Below, one piece after another: positions 13,245 through 25,875 of a stretch of 64,000 bases of DNA. The position numbers were made by a program, and so were the translations under genes. Each line of letters begins with the position of its first letter. Positions within the stretch are counted from its first letter, which is position 1. The notes below the pieces were generated by a model that made no database searches, had not been told where the DNA came from, and saw only the letters and a list, made by a program, of their open reading frames with translations. Source of the stretch: Eledone cirrhosa (Eukaryota); contig OZ024740.1 of the NCBI GenBank assembly GCA_964016885.1, forward strand, positions 259,532,001 to 259,596,000, given 5' to 3'.

Positions 13245-13770
13245 TTGTTGTGAAAGAGTCATTTCTCAATCTTGGCGCAAAACCAATTTTTTATCCACAT
13301 GACCTCTACCGACCAATCAAAATTGTTTTGACCATAATTTTTGCTGGAGCCACTTTTCTAACATTTTAACATAAAAACAGTCTTGGCGCAAAATCAACTT
13401 TTTACATTCACATGACCTCTACCGACCAATCAAAATTGTTTTGACCACAAGCATTTTTACAACACAAAAATAACGCTGGAGCCATTTTTTTAACATAAAA
13501 ACAGGTAGAATTCCCAAAACTAATCAGATCAGAGCAAACAGCACGGACACTCTATCTCAAAATTATTTTTGAAAAGCATTTAGAAATGCGCAACCGGTAA
13601 AAACTTAAAAACTTAAAACCACAACTGAATACTAACCCATACAATCACTAATACTCTTTTATTCCTAATTAAACCATTTTTCAACTGTGAACAATTTGTC
13701 AGCATTTTCTATTCCGTTTACCAATATATAATAACTTGTGTGTTACACCTCTATTCTTTTAACTACTATA
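11531..13770 (+). mobile_element. Inverted 5'-truncated duplicate of the same Penelope element
   Basis: Reverse complement of 8031-10181, starting immediately after the YLDD codons. The translation differs at one visible residue (INGHNT vs INGLNT). Confidence 0.93.
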
Positions 13771-13776
13771 TGTATA

Positions 13777-13805
<29 letters not shown>

Positions 13806-13807
<2 letters not shown>

Positions 13808-14345
13808 TATACTTGGGGAGGGTCATATTTGTGTAATATTGCCAGAATTAATAACAGAACACACTCACTGTTTGGTTGGTTTTCGCTTTTCGCTTCTGTG
13901 TCTTTTATATCGGTAATCTAATTTATTCGGTCCTCAATGTTGCCATTGACTGACCGATGGTCAAAAATAATACAGATACAATATAGACACAAACACATAT
14001 ATATAGTTTATCAAAGTTCTTTCGTTGCACATCTGCAACATCGTCAGTGGTGCTATTGTTTCCTCCAGTTACATTGTATGTCTACGCCATTTTTATTTAG
14101 TCTGTCTATATATTTATTTATTTATTAGTTTGTTTGTTTATTTTATTTTGTCTTCTTTGCGCATGCGTTTGCGTGTGTGTATAGTGTTTTGTTTGATGTG
14201 TGTTCGTGATTGGGGGACTGTGTATCGGTTAATGTAATCTATCTTTACTAGTGTGTGTTTATATGTGTTTGTTGTTATTGTGCTTGTGTATGTATTTATT
14301 TATTTATTTATCTATTTATTTATTTATTTATACTTCTCTTAGAGG
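13806..14345 (-). mobile_element. Penelope-like pLTR/3'-tail fragment related to the 4481 family
   Basis: Shares TATACTT(T/G)GGGAGGGTCAT, the HHR and TTTGCGCATGCG blocks with 4540-4815. Confidence 0.7.
14010..14051 (-). ncRNA. Minimal type I hammerhead ribozyme
   Basis: ACCA-CUGACGA-U-GUUGCA(gaug)UGCAAC-GAAA-G(aa)C-UU^UGAU. Confidence 0.78.
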
Positions 14346-14390
14346 ATATATATATACATATACATATATATATGTATATATATGTATATA

Positions 14391-14723
14391 TCATCATCAT
14401 CATTTTACGTCCGCTTTTCCCTGTTTGCAAGGGTGGGACGGGAACTGATTCTGGCTTGATTTCTACAGCTGGATGCCCTTCCTAACACCAACCTCATTTA
14501 CAGTGAGTGCCGGGTGCTTTTTTACCATAGCACCTCCATGACCATTTTGCAATGGAATGATAGGGACCCCAGTCCTATTATCTCATTTCTACGGCTGAGT
14601 AAACTGGAGCAATGTGAAATAAAGTGTCTTGCTCAAGGAAACAACACATCACCCGGTCTGAGAATTGAACTCACAACCTTTCGATTGTAAGCCCAATGCT
14701 CTAACCACTAAGCCATGTGCCTC
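14391..14723 (-). mobile_element. tRNA-derived SINE with RTE tail
   Basis: Reverse complement of the 7366-7690 family. Confidence 0.9.
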
Positions 14724-14747
14724 TCTCTCTCTCTCTCTCTCTCTCTC

Positions 14748-16485
14748 AGCTTTCGTCGACTTGGAGAAAGCCTTCGACAGAGTCCCCCGTTCCATTATCT
14801 GGTGGTCTCTTAGAAAACTAGGTGTTGACGAATGGCTTGTGAGAGCTATACAAGCCATGTATAAAGAAACAGTCAGTAAGGTTAGAATTAACAACGAATA
14901 TAGTGAAGAGTTTAGCGTAAAAGTTGGTGTCCATCAGGGCTCTGTTCTTAGCCCCCTACTATTTATTATTGCCCTTCAGGCTATAACAGAGGAGTTCAAG
15001 ACCGGCTGCCCATGGGAACTCCTATACGCAGATGATCTAACGCTCATAGCTGAATCAATGACCGAACTAGAGAAGAAATTCCAAACATGGAAGCACGGCC
15101 TAGAATCAAAAGGCCTTAAAATTAACCTGGCTAAGACTAAAGTTCTAGTTTGTAGGAAAGAAAATAAGGCAGCGGTCCCATCTGGGAAATGGCCATGCTC
15201 AGTGTGTAGGAAAGGCGTAGGTAGAAACTCCATTTTATGTCCCAAATGCAAAGTATGGGTGCATAAAAGATGTAGTGGGATCACAGGTAAGCTAACTAAG
15301 AACATAGATTTTACATGTGGCCGGTGCTCTGGTGCAATAAGTAGCAGCAAGTGCCCACAAAATACTAGCTCCTTCAACTGCGCAGAGGGTTCTATAGAAA
15401 TAGTGGACAGTTTCCGTTACCTGGGTGACAAAATCAGCAGTGGGGGAGGGTGCTCTGAAAGTACAGTAGCTAGAGTCAGAACTGGATGGAAAAAGTTCAG
15501 AGAGCTTATACCACTATTAGCCGCTAGAGGGTTCTCCCTAAAAATGAAAGGCAGGTTATACGATGCCTGCATACGAACAGCAATGCTGCATGGCAGTGAG
15601 ACCTGGGCATTGTGTGCAGAGGATATACGCAGACTAGAGAGGAACGAAGCTTGCATGCTCCGCTGGATGTGCAATAGTAATATACGTGAACGGCAAAGCA
15701 TAAACGAACTAAGGAAAAAATTAGAAATAAGAGGGATCAGATGTTGTTTACTCGAGAGAAGGCTACGTTGGTACGGTCATGTGATGCGCATGAAAGACGA
15801 CAGCTGTATAACAAAGTGCAGGGCAATAAAGATAGACGGTAGCCACGGAGTAGGCAGACCCAGAAAAACATGGGACGAGCTGATAAATTCCGACCTCACA
15901 CGCTTACACCTCTCCAAGACAATGTCACTGGACCGAGACCTTTGGCGGTACTCAGTAATAAAGAAGACCCGCCTTACCTAAATACAAAGTAAAAACCTAC
16001 TACAGTCAGTAGGCATCTCTATCAAAACACCCCCCGTCCCACCACCTCCACCCCATCCACACCGCCCCTTTCAATGTACAGTTATGTTGGTCCCACAACA
16101 TCCAGGCCGAAACAAATGAGATCGTGTAGGTGTCACGACAAAAAACACACAGTCCACGCTGTAAATGTGGCCGTGTAGGCAACACGGTAAAAACCTCCCA
16201 GCCCCACACTGTAAATGTGGTTGGTGTTAGGAAGGGCATCCAGCTGTAGAAAACCCGCCAGACAGTCCACGCTGTAATGTGGCCGTGTAGGCAACACGGT
16301 AAAAACCTCCCAGCCCCACACTGTAAATGTGGTTGGTGTTAGGAAGGGCATCCAACTGTAGAAAACCCGCCAGACAGTCCTATGCGAGCAAGACAACCAC
16401 TCTTGCCTCAAGTGGGAAAACCCCCGTCCAAACCCATGCAAGCGTGGAACACGGACGCTAAACCTGATGATGATGATGATGATGA
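14748..16485 (+). mobile_element. 5'-truncated RTE-clade LINE with open RT frame
   Basis: AFVDLEKAFDRV, GVHQGSVLSP, LLYADDL, C4HC3 insert, FRYLG, GRPRKTW. Stop at 15981, tail ends in (GAT)n. Confidence 0.95.
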
Positions 16486-16524
16486 TATATATATATATTT
16501 TTTTTTTTTTTTAATATAGATGAG

Positions 16525-16571
16525 ATTCTACAGGACTAGAACTGTTTCATTCTTTACAAATCATCAGGAAT
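16525..16571 (-). ncRNA. Isolated type I hammerhead-like motif
   Basis: AUUC-CUGAUGA-uuuguaaagaau-GAAA-CAG(uucuaguc)CUG-UA^GAAU. Core and stems I and III are good, stem II is poor. Confidence 0.6.
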
Positions 16572-16587
16572 ATATATATATATATAT

Positions 16588-17899
16588 CATCATTATCATC
16601 ATCATCTTCGTTTAACGTCCATCTTCCACGCTAGAATGGGTTAGACGGGAGTTGTCCCACTTTAGGCTAGGTTGGTCGGGTGACCATGTCTTGCTCTTAT
16701 AGGACTATCTGGCAGGTTTTCTACGGCTGGATGCCTTCCTATCACCAACCTTATTTACAGTGTGGACTGGGAACTTTTTACCGTGTTACCTATACGGCCA
16801 CATTACAGCATGGACTGTGTGTATTTTTGTTGTGACACCTACACGATCTCGATCTCATAATCTCATTTATTTGACTGGATGTTGTGGTAACAACTTTACA
16901 AAGAAAGGTGGTGGGTGGCTGTTGGTGGGAGTGGGAGGATTAAGTACGGGTAGTGGATTGGGGTGTATATTTCGTTAAGAGGTGCCTACTGACTGTAGGT
17001 TTCGCTTTGTACATAGACAAGGTGGGTCTTCTGTATTACTGCGTAGCACCAAAGATCTCAGTCCAGTGACATTGTCTTAGAGAGATGCAAGTGTGTAAGG
17101 TCGGAATTTATCAAATTGTCCCAGTTTTTTCTGGGTCTACCTACTACGTAACTTCCATCAATTTTGATCGCCCTGCACTTTTTTATACAGCTGTCGTCTT
17201 TCATGCGCATCACATGACCATACCAACGTAGTCTTCTCTCAAGTAAACAGCATCTGATCCCTCTTCTTCCTAATTTCTCACTTAGTTCATTTATGCTTTG
17301 CCGTTCAAGTATATTACTATTACACATCCAACGGAGCATGCATGCATCATTCTTTTCCAGTCTGCACAGGTCCTCTGCACGCAATGCCCATGTCTCACTG
17401 CCATCTAGAATTGCTCTTCGTATACAGGCATCATACAATCTGCCTTTCCTTTTTAGAGAAAAACCTTTTGTGGCAAACAGCTGTATAAGCTCTCTGAACT
17501 TTTTCATCCCGTTCTGACTCTAGCTACTGTACTTTCAGAGCACCCTCCACCACAGCTGATTTTGTCACCCAGGTAACGGAAATTGTCCACTATTTCTAGA
17601 GAACCATCTGGGCAATAGAAGGAGATAGTATCCTGTGGGCACTTGCTACTTATTGCACCTGAGCATCGGCCACATATAAAATCTACGTTCTTAGATAGTT
17701 TACCTGTGATCCCACTACCTATTTTATGTACCCATAGTTTACATTTGGGACATAAAATAGAATTTCTACCTACTCCTTTCCTACACACTGAACATGGCCA
17801 TTTCTCAGAGGGCACCTGTGCCCTATTTTCCTTTCTACAAACTAGAACTTTAGTCTTCGACAAGTTAACTTTAAGGCCTTTTGATTCTAGGCCATCCAT
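16588..17899 (-). mobile_element. RTE-clade LINE fragment, frameshifted
   Basis: ORFs 17058-17507 and 17504-17899 are homologous to the 14748-15981 RT. It lies tail-to-tail with that copy. Confidence 0.92.
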
Positions 17900-17949
17900 G
17901 CTTCATATTTGGAATTATATATACATATATATATGTATATATACATATG

Positions 17950-17998
<49 letters not shown>

Positions 17999-18039
17999 AT
18001 ATATACATATATATGTGTATATATATATGTATATATACA

Positions 18040-19682
18040 CCTATTATAGATACACCTATTTTGGCTCCACTTCCACCTCCTTTAAAGCTCGTCTTTATAA
18101 TCATCATTCGTCTTTTAAATATAAACTTAAAAGAACCAACACGGCACTCTCAGAACTCATATGGTCCTTGAAAGACAAAAATATTAACTATAACATCTCT
18201 TGGAGGAAAGTTTGTTCTGCCTCTCCATACTTGAATGCCTCTCTATCCAAAACATGTAATCTCTGTTTATGTGAGAAATTTACCATTATATCTAATTTAG
18301 ATTCTATAATAAATAGACGCACTGACTTATTTTCTCTCTGCTTGCATAAATTCCACAGAACATTCCATAAAGTATACAGCTAATATCTAATACTTTACCA
18401 ATTTAAAATCCTTTTTCTCAAAGGCATATATATATATATTTCTTTAAAAATATACCCATCTTTCTACCTTATTTCAATGTTATTTATTATACATTATATA
18501 ATACTAGTTACTCATTCTATATCATTCCTATTTATCACTTCCCTTTTTTCCTTTTTTCTTTTAAATTCTTCCTAGATACTTCTCAATTCTCATTATTACT
18601 CACCACAATGTATCCACTCTTCCTTCCATCCTATCACTGGCCATAAAACTTACTATTACCCTTTTAAATACTTTATAGTATCACCTTTAAAAATCCTTCG
18701 TAAACATAAACATTTTTTTTTACGTTAGATTATTCATCCTCAATTCATTATTTTTTTCTCCCTTTCATGCTCATCTAACTTTTACATATTACACATCACA
18801 ACACATAAAAACAAACTTAAACCCTAACTAATCTCCTTTATTACATTATATTATTACCATTAGGAAATACTTCATAAACATACATATTTTGATGTTAAGG
18901 TCTTCTCCTTAAACACTATCTCCTTCTTTGCTTTCTGCGCTCATTTGTAAACAAACTATTTACATATATTACACATACATATTACATTACATAAAAAAAA
19001 ACTTAAACACTAACTAATTCCTCTAAATTCATAATTCATCCACTCTTCTACTTCTTTTCACATTATATCCTTAATAATATTACTATTTTTATTTTAATAA
19101 TATATATCAACAATTTCTTTCCATCGCACATATTAAACCCTTCAATATTCAAACCTTAATTTAATATTATTCTTAATACATATTAACAATTTCTTTTCAT
19201 CGCACATATTATTAAACCCTTCAATATACAAACCTTAATTTAACATTATTCTAAATTTTTCTCTTCGTTAATTTTCAAATTCTTTTAATTTATATATTAT
19301 CTTCCAACGGTTTTTTAACCTCTCTCTGTAAAACAATATATTTTTCTCTGTTATAAAAGCTATCTCTCTCTCTCTATCACCCATCTCTCCTCATATCTCA
19401 TCCTTCCTTATTATACTCCTCCTCCTCCATTCTTTACTCTCATCTCCTCTTTTTCATCCTTTCCAACCCCCCTTCATTTTTTTACAATATCACACATCAA
19501 TCTTAAACTACTTTTCATATGTTGATTTAAAACTGCACTATTCACAAGTGTTTTTTAACCTTTATATCATGTCTCCCTATTTTATCTGACGAAAAGGCAA
19601 ATGTCATCGCATGATGATATTTGTTTTTGAAATGCGCATAATAAAATACATGGAACTCTTTTAACCATCTTTTGATCTTATA
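18040..19682 (+). mobile_element. 3' fragment of a Naiad-like Penelope element
   Basis: [49 protein letters not shown] half, followed by a long AT-rich tail ending in an HHR. Confidence 0.8.
19578..19648 (+). ncRNA. Type I hammerhead ribozyme with canonical core
   Basis: UAUUUUAU-CUGACGA-AAAGGCAAAUGUCAUC(gcau)GAUGAUAUUUGUUUUU-GAAA-UGCGCA-UA^AUAAAAUA. 8-bp stem I, 16-bp stem II, palindromic stem III. Confidence 0.88.
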
Positions 19683-19701
19683 TTATATATATATATATAT
19701 A

Positions 19702-19750
<49 letters not shown>

Positions 19751-19849
19751 GTATATATATACATATATATGTGTATATATACATATATATGTGTATATAT
19801 ATATATGTGTATATATATGTATATATGTATATATGTATATATATATATG

Positions 19850-19953
<104 letters not shown>

Positions 19954-19997
19954 CATATATATGTGTATATATACATATATATGTGTATATATGTATA

Positions 19998-20063
<66 letters not shown>

Positions 20064-20188
20064 CATATATATGTGTATATATACATATATATGTGTATAT
20101 ATACATATATATGTGTATATATACATATATATGTGTATATATATATACATACATTTGCTTATATAATATATATTCTGTTTATATATAG

Positions 20189-20281
20189 GATCTGTATGAT
20201 TTGATGAAAAATGTGGAAAAAGAGATAACAACATGTGAAAACAACCTGAAAGATGAAGTGGATAAAAGAAACAAATACAAG
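20189..20281 (+). CDS. BAP1: BAP1/calypso deubiquitinase, penultimate coding exon (C-terminal ULD coiled coil)
   Basis: tag|[31 protein letters not shown]|gtaaac, 93 nt, phase 0/0. Matches the BAP1 pattern ELLALLKCVEAEI..LKEEVEKRKKFK. Confidence 0.88.
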
Positions 20282-21124
20282 GTAAACTATACAACTACCA
20301 ATTGGTTAATTGTCGTTATTTGATGCTGTTGATAAGCCTTTGACAACAGATCTTGTTTGTTGATTGACATGGAAAGTTTCTCCCTTTAATGTTGCTGCTG
20401 AATCTACATGTGCTACATGGGAGTGGTGGAAGCTTAGCTACAGCATGAAACAGACAGTTGTCTGTACATTCTTTGACAACGCTATACACTCTGAGTTGAA
20501 ATCTTGCTGCCTTATACCATTCACAAACAGTAGATAGTTTCAACAATCGAAAAACCAGTAGAAATATTGTTTCCTTTGTCTGATGAGATGATTGGCTCCT
20601 TTCCTTTTCTCTCTTTTTTTATATATGGAGTTATGTGTGTGGGGGGGGGGGATGTCATAGTGACATATGGCATATCTAGGGCTCATCCTTCTCCAGATCT
20701 CAACACAGCCAATTTCTTCCAGGGAAAATGAGAAAGAGATATAGAGGAAAAATCGCCCCCAGGACTGTATTTGTACTTTATTCATCAATCTCAAAAGGTG
20801 AACTCGGAGCACAGAAAGTCAGAACCATGAAATGTTCTAACTATCTAATGACTCAAGGGTAAGATCTAGAAAACAATTCAAAGCTATAGGTCCTGTCCCT
20901 TCTAATATTAACAAACACCATTTAACTTTAATGTCTTGATAAAAAAGCACTATGACTGCATCTCATTAAAAATGAAAGTCTTTACTGCAGATTTTCAGTA
21001 ATTTGTCCACTAATAAAGATACTATAAACGTTTGAATTTTTTTCATTGTTTTTAGACATTTTCTGCTGAATCATTACAGGATGTCAAGAGTTAAACTATT
21101 CTACTTTCTCTATTCCCCCAACAG

Positions 21125-21331
21125 ATTGATGACTGTCGCCGGACACACAGCTATGATCAATTCATCTGTACTTTCTTGTCCTTCCTGGCTCAAGAGGGTC
21201 ACCTTGCTGAACTGGTCGAGCAACATATGTTAACCAGCAAGAGACAGGGTGTGAGTGTTGGCCGACTATGTAAACTGCCCAGCAGTGGGCCTGATCGACG
21301 TAAGCGTGCCCGGACCAAGCGCAGGAGATGA
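21125..21331 (+). CDS. BAP1: BAP1/calypso terminal coding exon (ULD and NLS)
   Basis: cag|[68 protein letters not shown], the diagnostic BAP1 C-terminus. Confidence 0.95.
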   Translation: MDDCRRTHSYDQFICTFLSFLAQEGHLAELVEQHMLTSKRQGVSVGRLCKLPSSGPDRRKRARTKRRR

Positions 21332-21719
21332 GGGGAGAGTACTTACTGTATCAACTGCTGAAGTTTGAACTGTGAGCAGTGGGATGGGACTAGTGGTGAT
21401 GATGGCAATGGTCAGGGACACATTAAGCTTGCATGCGGCTCCAGGCTAAAATTTTCTTTGGGGCCCTTGCATATTATTTATGGAAACAAAAATTAATTTT
21501 GAGCCACTGGCTAGAGCCCAGTTAGTCCCCATCACACTCAGTCTACCACATGTGGTGGTGGTGGTGGTGTAAGGATGTATGGTATTGGTGTACCATCACC
21601 ATTATCACTGTGTTATAACCTGCATATTTTACCATGACCAGCACCACACACACACACACAAACACTGATAGGTTTTATTCAGCATTTGATGATGCTTTAT
21701 ATTTATTTTTAATATTGGC

Positions 21720-21925
21720 CACCACAATCACCATCATGATCACCAATCACCATCATGATCACCATGGCCACCACTACAAGAATCATCACTACCACTACCA
21801 CCACCACCATTATCACCACCACCACCATAAGGATCATCATCATCAAACCATATCTCTAATTGTCATCACTATAGCTGCCATACCTGTCAATACCTTCTCT
21901 CCACCACCATCACCTTCATCATAAG
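21720..21925. repeat. (CAC/CAT)n low-complexity tract
   Basis: Direct reading. Similar tracts at 42500-42660, 50275-50400 and 52785-53240. Confidence 0.9.
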
Positions 21926-22141
21926 TACTAACAAACACCAACACCACTAATCCCACTGCCTCTTATTTATCTGTATATTGTTGTTGCTCACAATATCGTG
22001 GAATTCAAAATGAAAACTAAACATTTCTGAATGTATTTGATTATTTATGTTATATATAAAGAACAAAATGAGCTTTCACAGATGAGTGGCTCAGGATCCA
22101 TGTTAATATGAAACTGTCATAACTTTATTATATGTATATAT

Positions 22142-22322
22142 AGGCAGTATCGGTAGAGGGTCGGACACCATGCTTTGACGGATAGAGTTACGGCCCTTTC
22201 CATTCTGAGTTCAAATCCCGCTGAGGTTAACTTTGTCTTTCATCCTTACGGGGTCGATAAAATAAAGTACCAGTAATACACTGGGTAATTGCTGGCCTTG
22301 TGCCAAAAGTAGAAACAATTAT
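22142..22322 (+). mobile_element. SINE with Nin/Deu-like core
   Basis: GAGTTCAAATCC B box, then CTTTCATCCTTACGGGGTCGATAAAATAAAGTACCAG. Related copies at ~26620-26812, 41150-41300, 45720-46140, 46450-46640, 53395-53490 and 56680-56800. Confidence 0.75.
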
Positions 22323-22904
22323 ATGTATATACACTATAAAAAAGAGAGGCGGTTTTATGTAGACATCCTCTGTTTACTATATATTCCTGGCATAACAGAA
22401 TTATGTAATAATCGGGATGTATATATAAAACCATCTCTCTTCTTTATAATACTGACACTCCATCAGATACCTTATAGGTATTACTTTAAGGTACCCATGT
22501 CATGGAGTGCTTATGTCTGTTTACACTAAAGTCGGTCAATTAATTGATCAACAAATGTTTCTTTACTTGGAATTATATATATATATATTTATTTATTTGT
22601 CTTTTTAATTTTATTCTTTTAATGGTTTCATAAACTAGCCTGCGACCAAGCAGGGGCACTGCCTTGACTTAGTCGATCACATCCACTCCAGTACTTTTTT
22701 TTCAAGTTTGGTATATATTTTATCAATCTTATTTTGTTGAACTTTTAAGTTATTAGACATGAACACACACAGATACACGTATGCATACACACATTTTCTG
22801 CAGTTTCCAACTACCAAACTCAACATTATATGCAATAAATTACATGTACACAGCAATGTATATACATAGTTGCAGACACAAAAACACATTTTGTAAATAA
22901 ATAA

Positions 22905-22954
<50 letters not shown>

Positions 22955-22958
<4 letters not shown>

Positions 22959-25205
22959 ACAGCTGCAGGATACATTCAACAACTTCCCAAGCCACGACAC
23001 TAAACTACTGATTGGCGATTTCAACGCCCAGATTGACTGCAACAGACGGGGACTGGAACAGGTCACTAGGCCGTTCAGTTCTGCTGCAGCTCTTTTGCCT
23101 CCATCAACAGCCTGTGCATCAGCAACACTTACTTCAAACACAAGGTGATTCACAAAGCTACTAGCAGTCTCTGGACCAGAAAAGCCACAACGAGATAGAC
23201 TATACATCAACCAGCGCTGACATTCTCGATGCACGACATCAGAATGTACCGAGGTGCAAATGTGGGCTCAGACCACCACCTACTGAGTGCCAAACTTCAG
23301 CTGCACCTAAAGAAACGGATACAACAGGAAAGACCGAAGCCATATGCAGTGGAGAAGCTAAGGGATCCTGGTCAAGCGCGATTGTACCAACTGGCGCTGC
23401 ACAACCAGTTTCAGCAGTTGAGTGAGGCTGCAGATCTGGAAGAGGGGTGGGTGATGTTTGCGACCGCAGTGACCGAAGCAGCACAAGAAAAAAGGTGCTG
23501 AGGCGGAGGAAGCTGCTGGTTGCAATGACACGAAGACACTGTTCCACATTGTGATGGAGTTGACGGGAGTGTCGAGTGGTGTTTACATGCCAGTGAAGGA
23601 CAAAAATGGTAAGACATTGACCACAGGAACTGAACAAGGTGAGATGGATGGAGTACTTCCGGGAGATGCTGAACTAATTAGCTCCAGTCACCCTGATAGA
23701 CTTAACTGCAGAAACTCCAGCAATTGCTGCTTTACTCAAAGTCTGTGAGGACCAAATCACCAAGCAGGAGACGAGAGATGCGGTCAATGACTTGAAGAAC
23801 GGCAAAGAAGGCGGGCTGGATGAGATCTCTACAGAGTTACTCAAATTCAGTGAAGATAGCATGGTAATGGTGTTGACAGACTTGATGAACCACTGTTGGA
23901 GAGTCGGTTAAGTGGCAACGTGGTTTCATCATCAAATTGCCGAAAAAGGGAAACCTGGCCAACTGCAACAACTATCACAGCATCACATTGCTGTCAGTCT
24001 CAGGCAAAGCGTTCTGCACTGTGCTGCTACATCGACTCCGGCAAGCTGTTGACTCTGCTCTTCGGGAGGAATAAGCCGGCTTCCAAAACAACCGATCTTG
24101 CACTGAACAGATCTTCACACTACGCAACATCCTCAAATAATGTGTTGAACTCCAGCAACCTTTGGCGTTCAACAGTGCGCATCGGGAATTGCTGTGGAAC
24201 ATCGCGCACTTGTACGGCATTCCTGTGAGATTCATCGGCATCTTCAAGGCCCTGTATGCAAACTCCAGCTGCTGTGTGCAAACAGTCCGATGTGACAGAG
24301 TTCTTTGACATCGTCTCCGGTGTCATACAGGGTTTTATTCTCTCTCCGTTACTGTTCCTGCAGTCGATTTCATTCTAAGGCAAGCAGATGAAGGACCCGG
24401 TCGAGGAATTCCATTGAGAGGCCAGTCGAGGCTGAGGGACCTGGCATTCACCGATGACATCGCTTTGATCGCTGAAGACAGTGCAGATCTGCAGGTTCTA
24501 ACAACATCCCTGCAAGAGAGTGCGGAGAAGATCTGAGAATCAAGACCAAGGTTGAGGACAACCAACAACACAGGTCCAGTGGTCAGTCCACCAACAAGAC
24601 CTGGAAAAAGTCAATCACTTCATCTATCTGGGCAGCATCCTGGCAAATAATGGCGACGCGGAGCTCCATATCAACTGTCGGATCGGCAAAGGAGCCACCA
24701 TTTTCCAGCAGATGCGCCCAATCTGATCATCTTCATGCATCAGTACAGGACCAAGCTGTGCCTGAGCAAGAGCATCATGCTGCCAACTGCTTTACGCAAG
24801 CAAAACCTGGAAGAACACAGCAAAGATAGAGAGACGACTGAATACATTCCACCAGCAGTGCCTGTGAAAGATCCTTCGTGTGTCCTGGCATGACCAAGTG
24901 CAAAACGAGGAGATCCTGTGGAGAGCTGAGTCGTGGATACTGCAAAGGGTGGTCATGGAGCACCGCTGCTGCCTGGCTGGTCATATTCTGCACCTGCCCA
25001 ATGAATGACACTCAAAAATGGCGTGAACTAGACTCCACCTGGTGGCAAACGGAAGCAGGGTTGCCCGATGATCACCTGGTGACAAACGTTACAAAAAGAC
25101 CTGATGGCAGTCAACATCACTTGGCACGGACGCGAAAAAGCTGCTGCTGATCGTGATCGATGGCGACTGCTCGATGCAGGGAAGGCACGGAAGAACCTAA
25201 GACTA
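22955..25205 (+). mobile_element. Degenerate RTE-type LINE (APE and RT), different family
   Basis: LIGDFNAQI, RGANVGSDHHLL, LKNGKEGGLDEI, KLPKKGNL, DLAFTDDIAL, FIYLGS. Many stops and frameshifts. Confidence 0.85.
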
Positions 25206-25229
25206 GGATATATATATATATATATACTT

Positions 25230-25875
25230 ACATTTATAGTTTATATATAAAACCAAAGAATTTATAAACTAACAATTGTTTCTACCCAGGTTGAGTTACC
25301 TATAGCAAATCATTTTGTTTAATAATTCAAATAATACAATACCTATTAATATGAACACCCAATTCAATACTAATATTACAATCAATAAAAATATCCTAAG
25401 AAATAATATACCCCACACTAACTCAAATAGTAATCTAAACTGTAACTGTAGAAACAAGTCACTATGCCCGCTTAATGATAATTGCTTGACCAACAATATA
25501 GTATATGGTTGTATGGTTAATACGTCTAGGTATTCTAAACTTTACATAGGGTCCACCTCTAATAGTTTCAAAACAAGATTTAACTCCCATATTCACTCGT
25601 TTAGAAAACGCAAATTAAAACATGTAACATCATTAGCTAGCTTTATCTGGCAATTAAAAAAATAAGAACATACCATATACATTAAGGTGGAAAATTTTAG
25701 GTAGATCCTCCGCATATAAACCTAACAATAGAACTTGTAGACTATGCCTCCTTTAATCTCAATTAATGATTAACTCTATGGCCTGCTTTTTAAACAAGAA
25801 GTCTGAAATGTTTTCTACTTGCCCTCATAGAAACTTACAATCATTTAAATACTACATGCCTTATACTGTAAATTA
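25230..25875 (+). mobile_element. Naiad-like Penelope GIY-YIG fragment
   Basis: CNCRNKSLCPLNDNC (CxCx5Cx5C) linker, NIVY..LYIGST..FKTRFNSH..SF..TSLASFIWQLK, then a frameshift into WKILG..Y..TCRLC. Confidence 0.8.

Noticed and set aside
25315-25875. Possible selenocysteine recoding, reported for some Naiad elements
   Set aside because: Conserved Cys positions in the fragments here are ordinary Cys codons, with no in-frame TGA seen.
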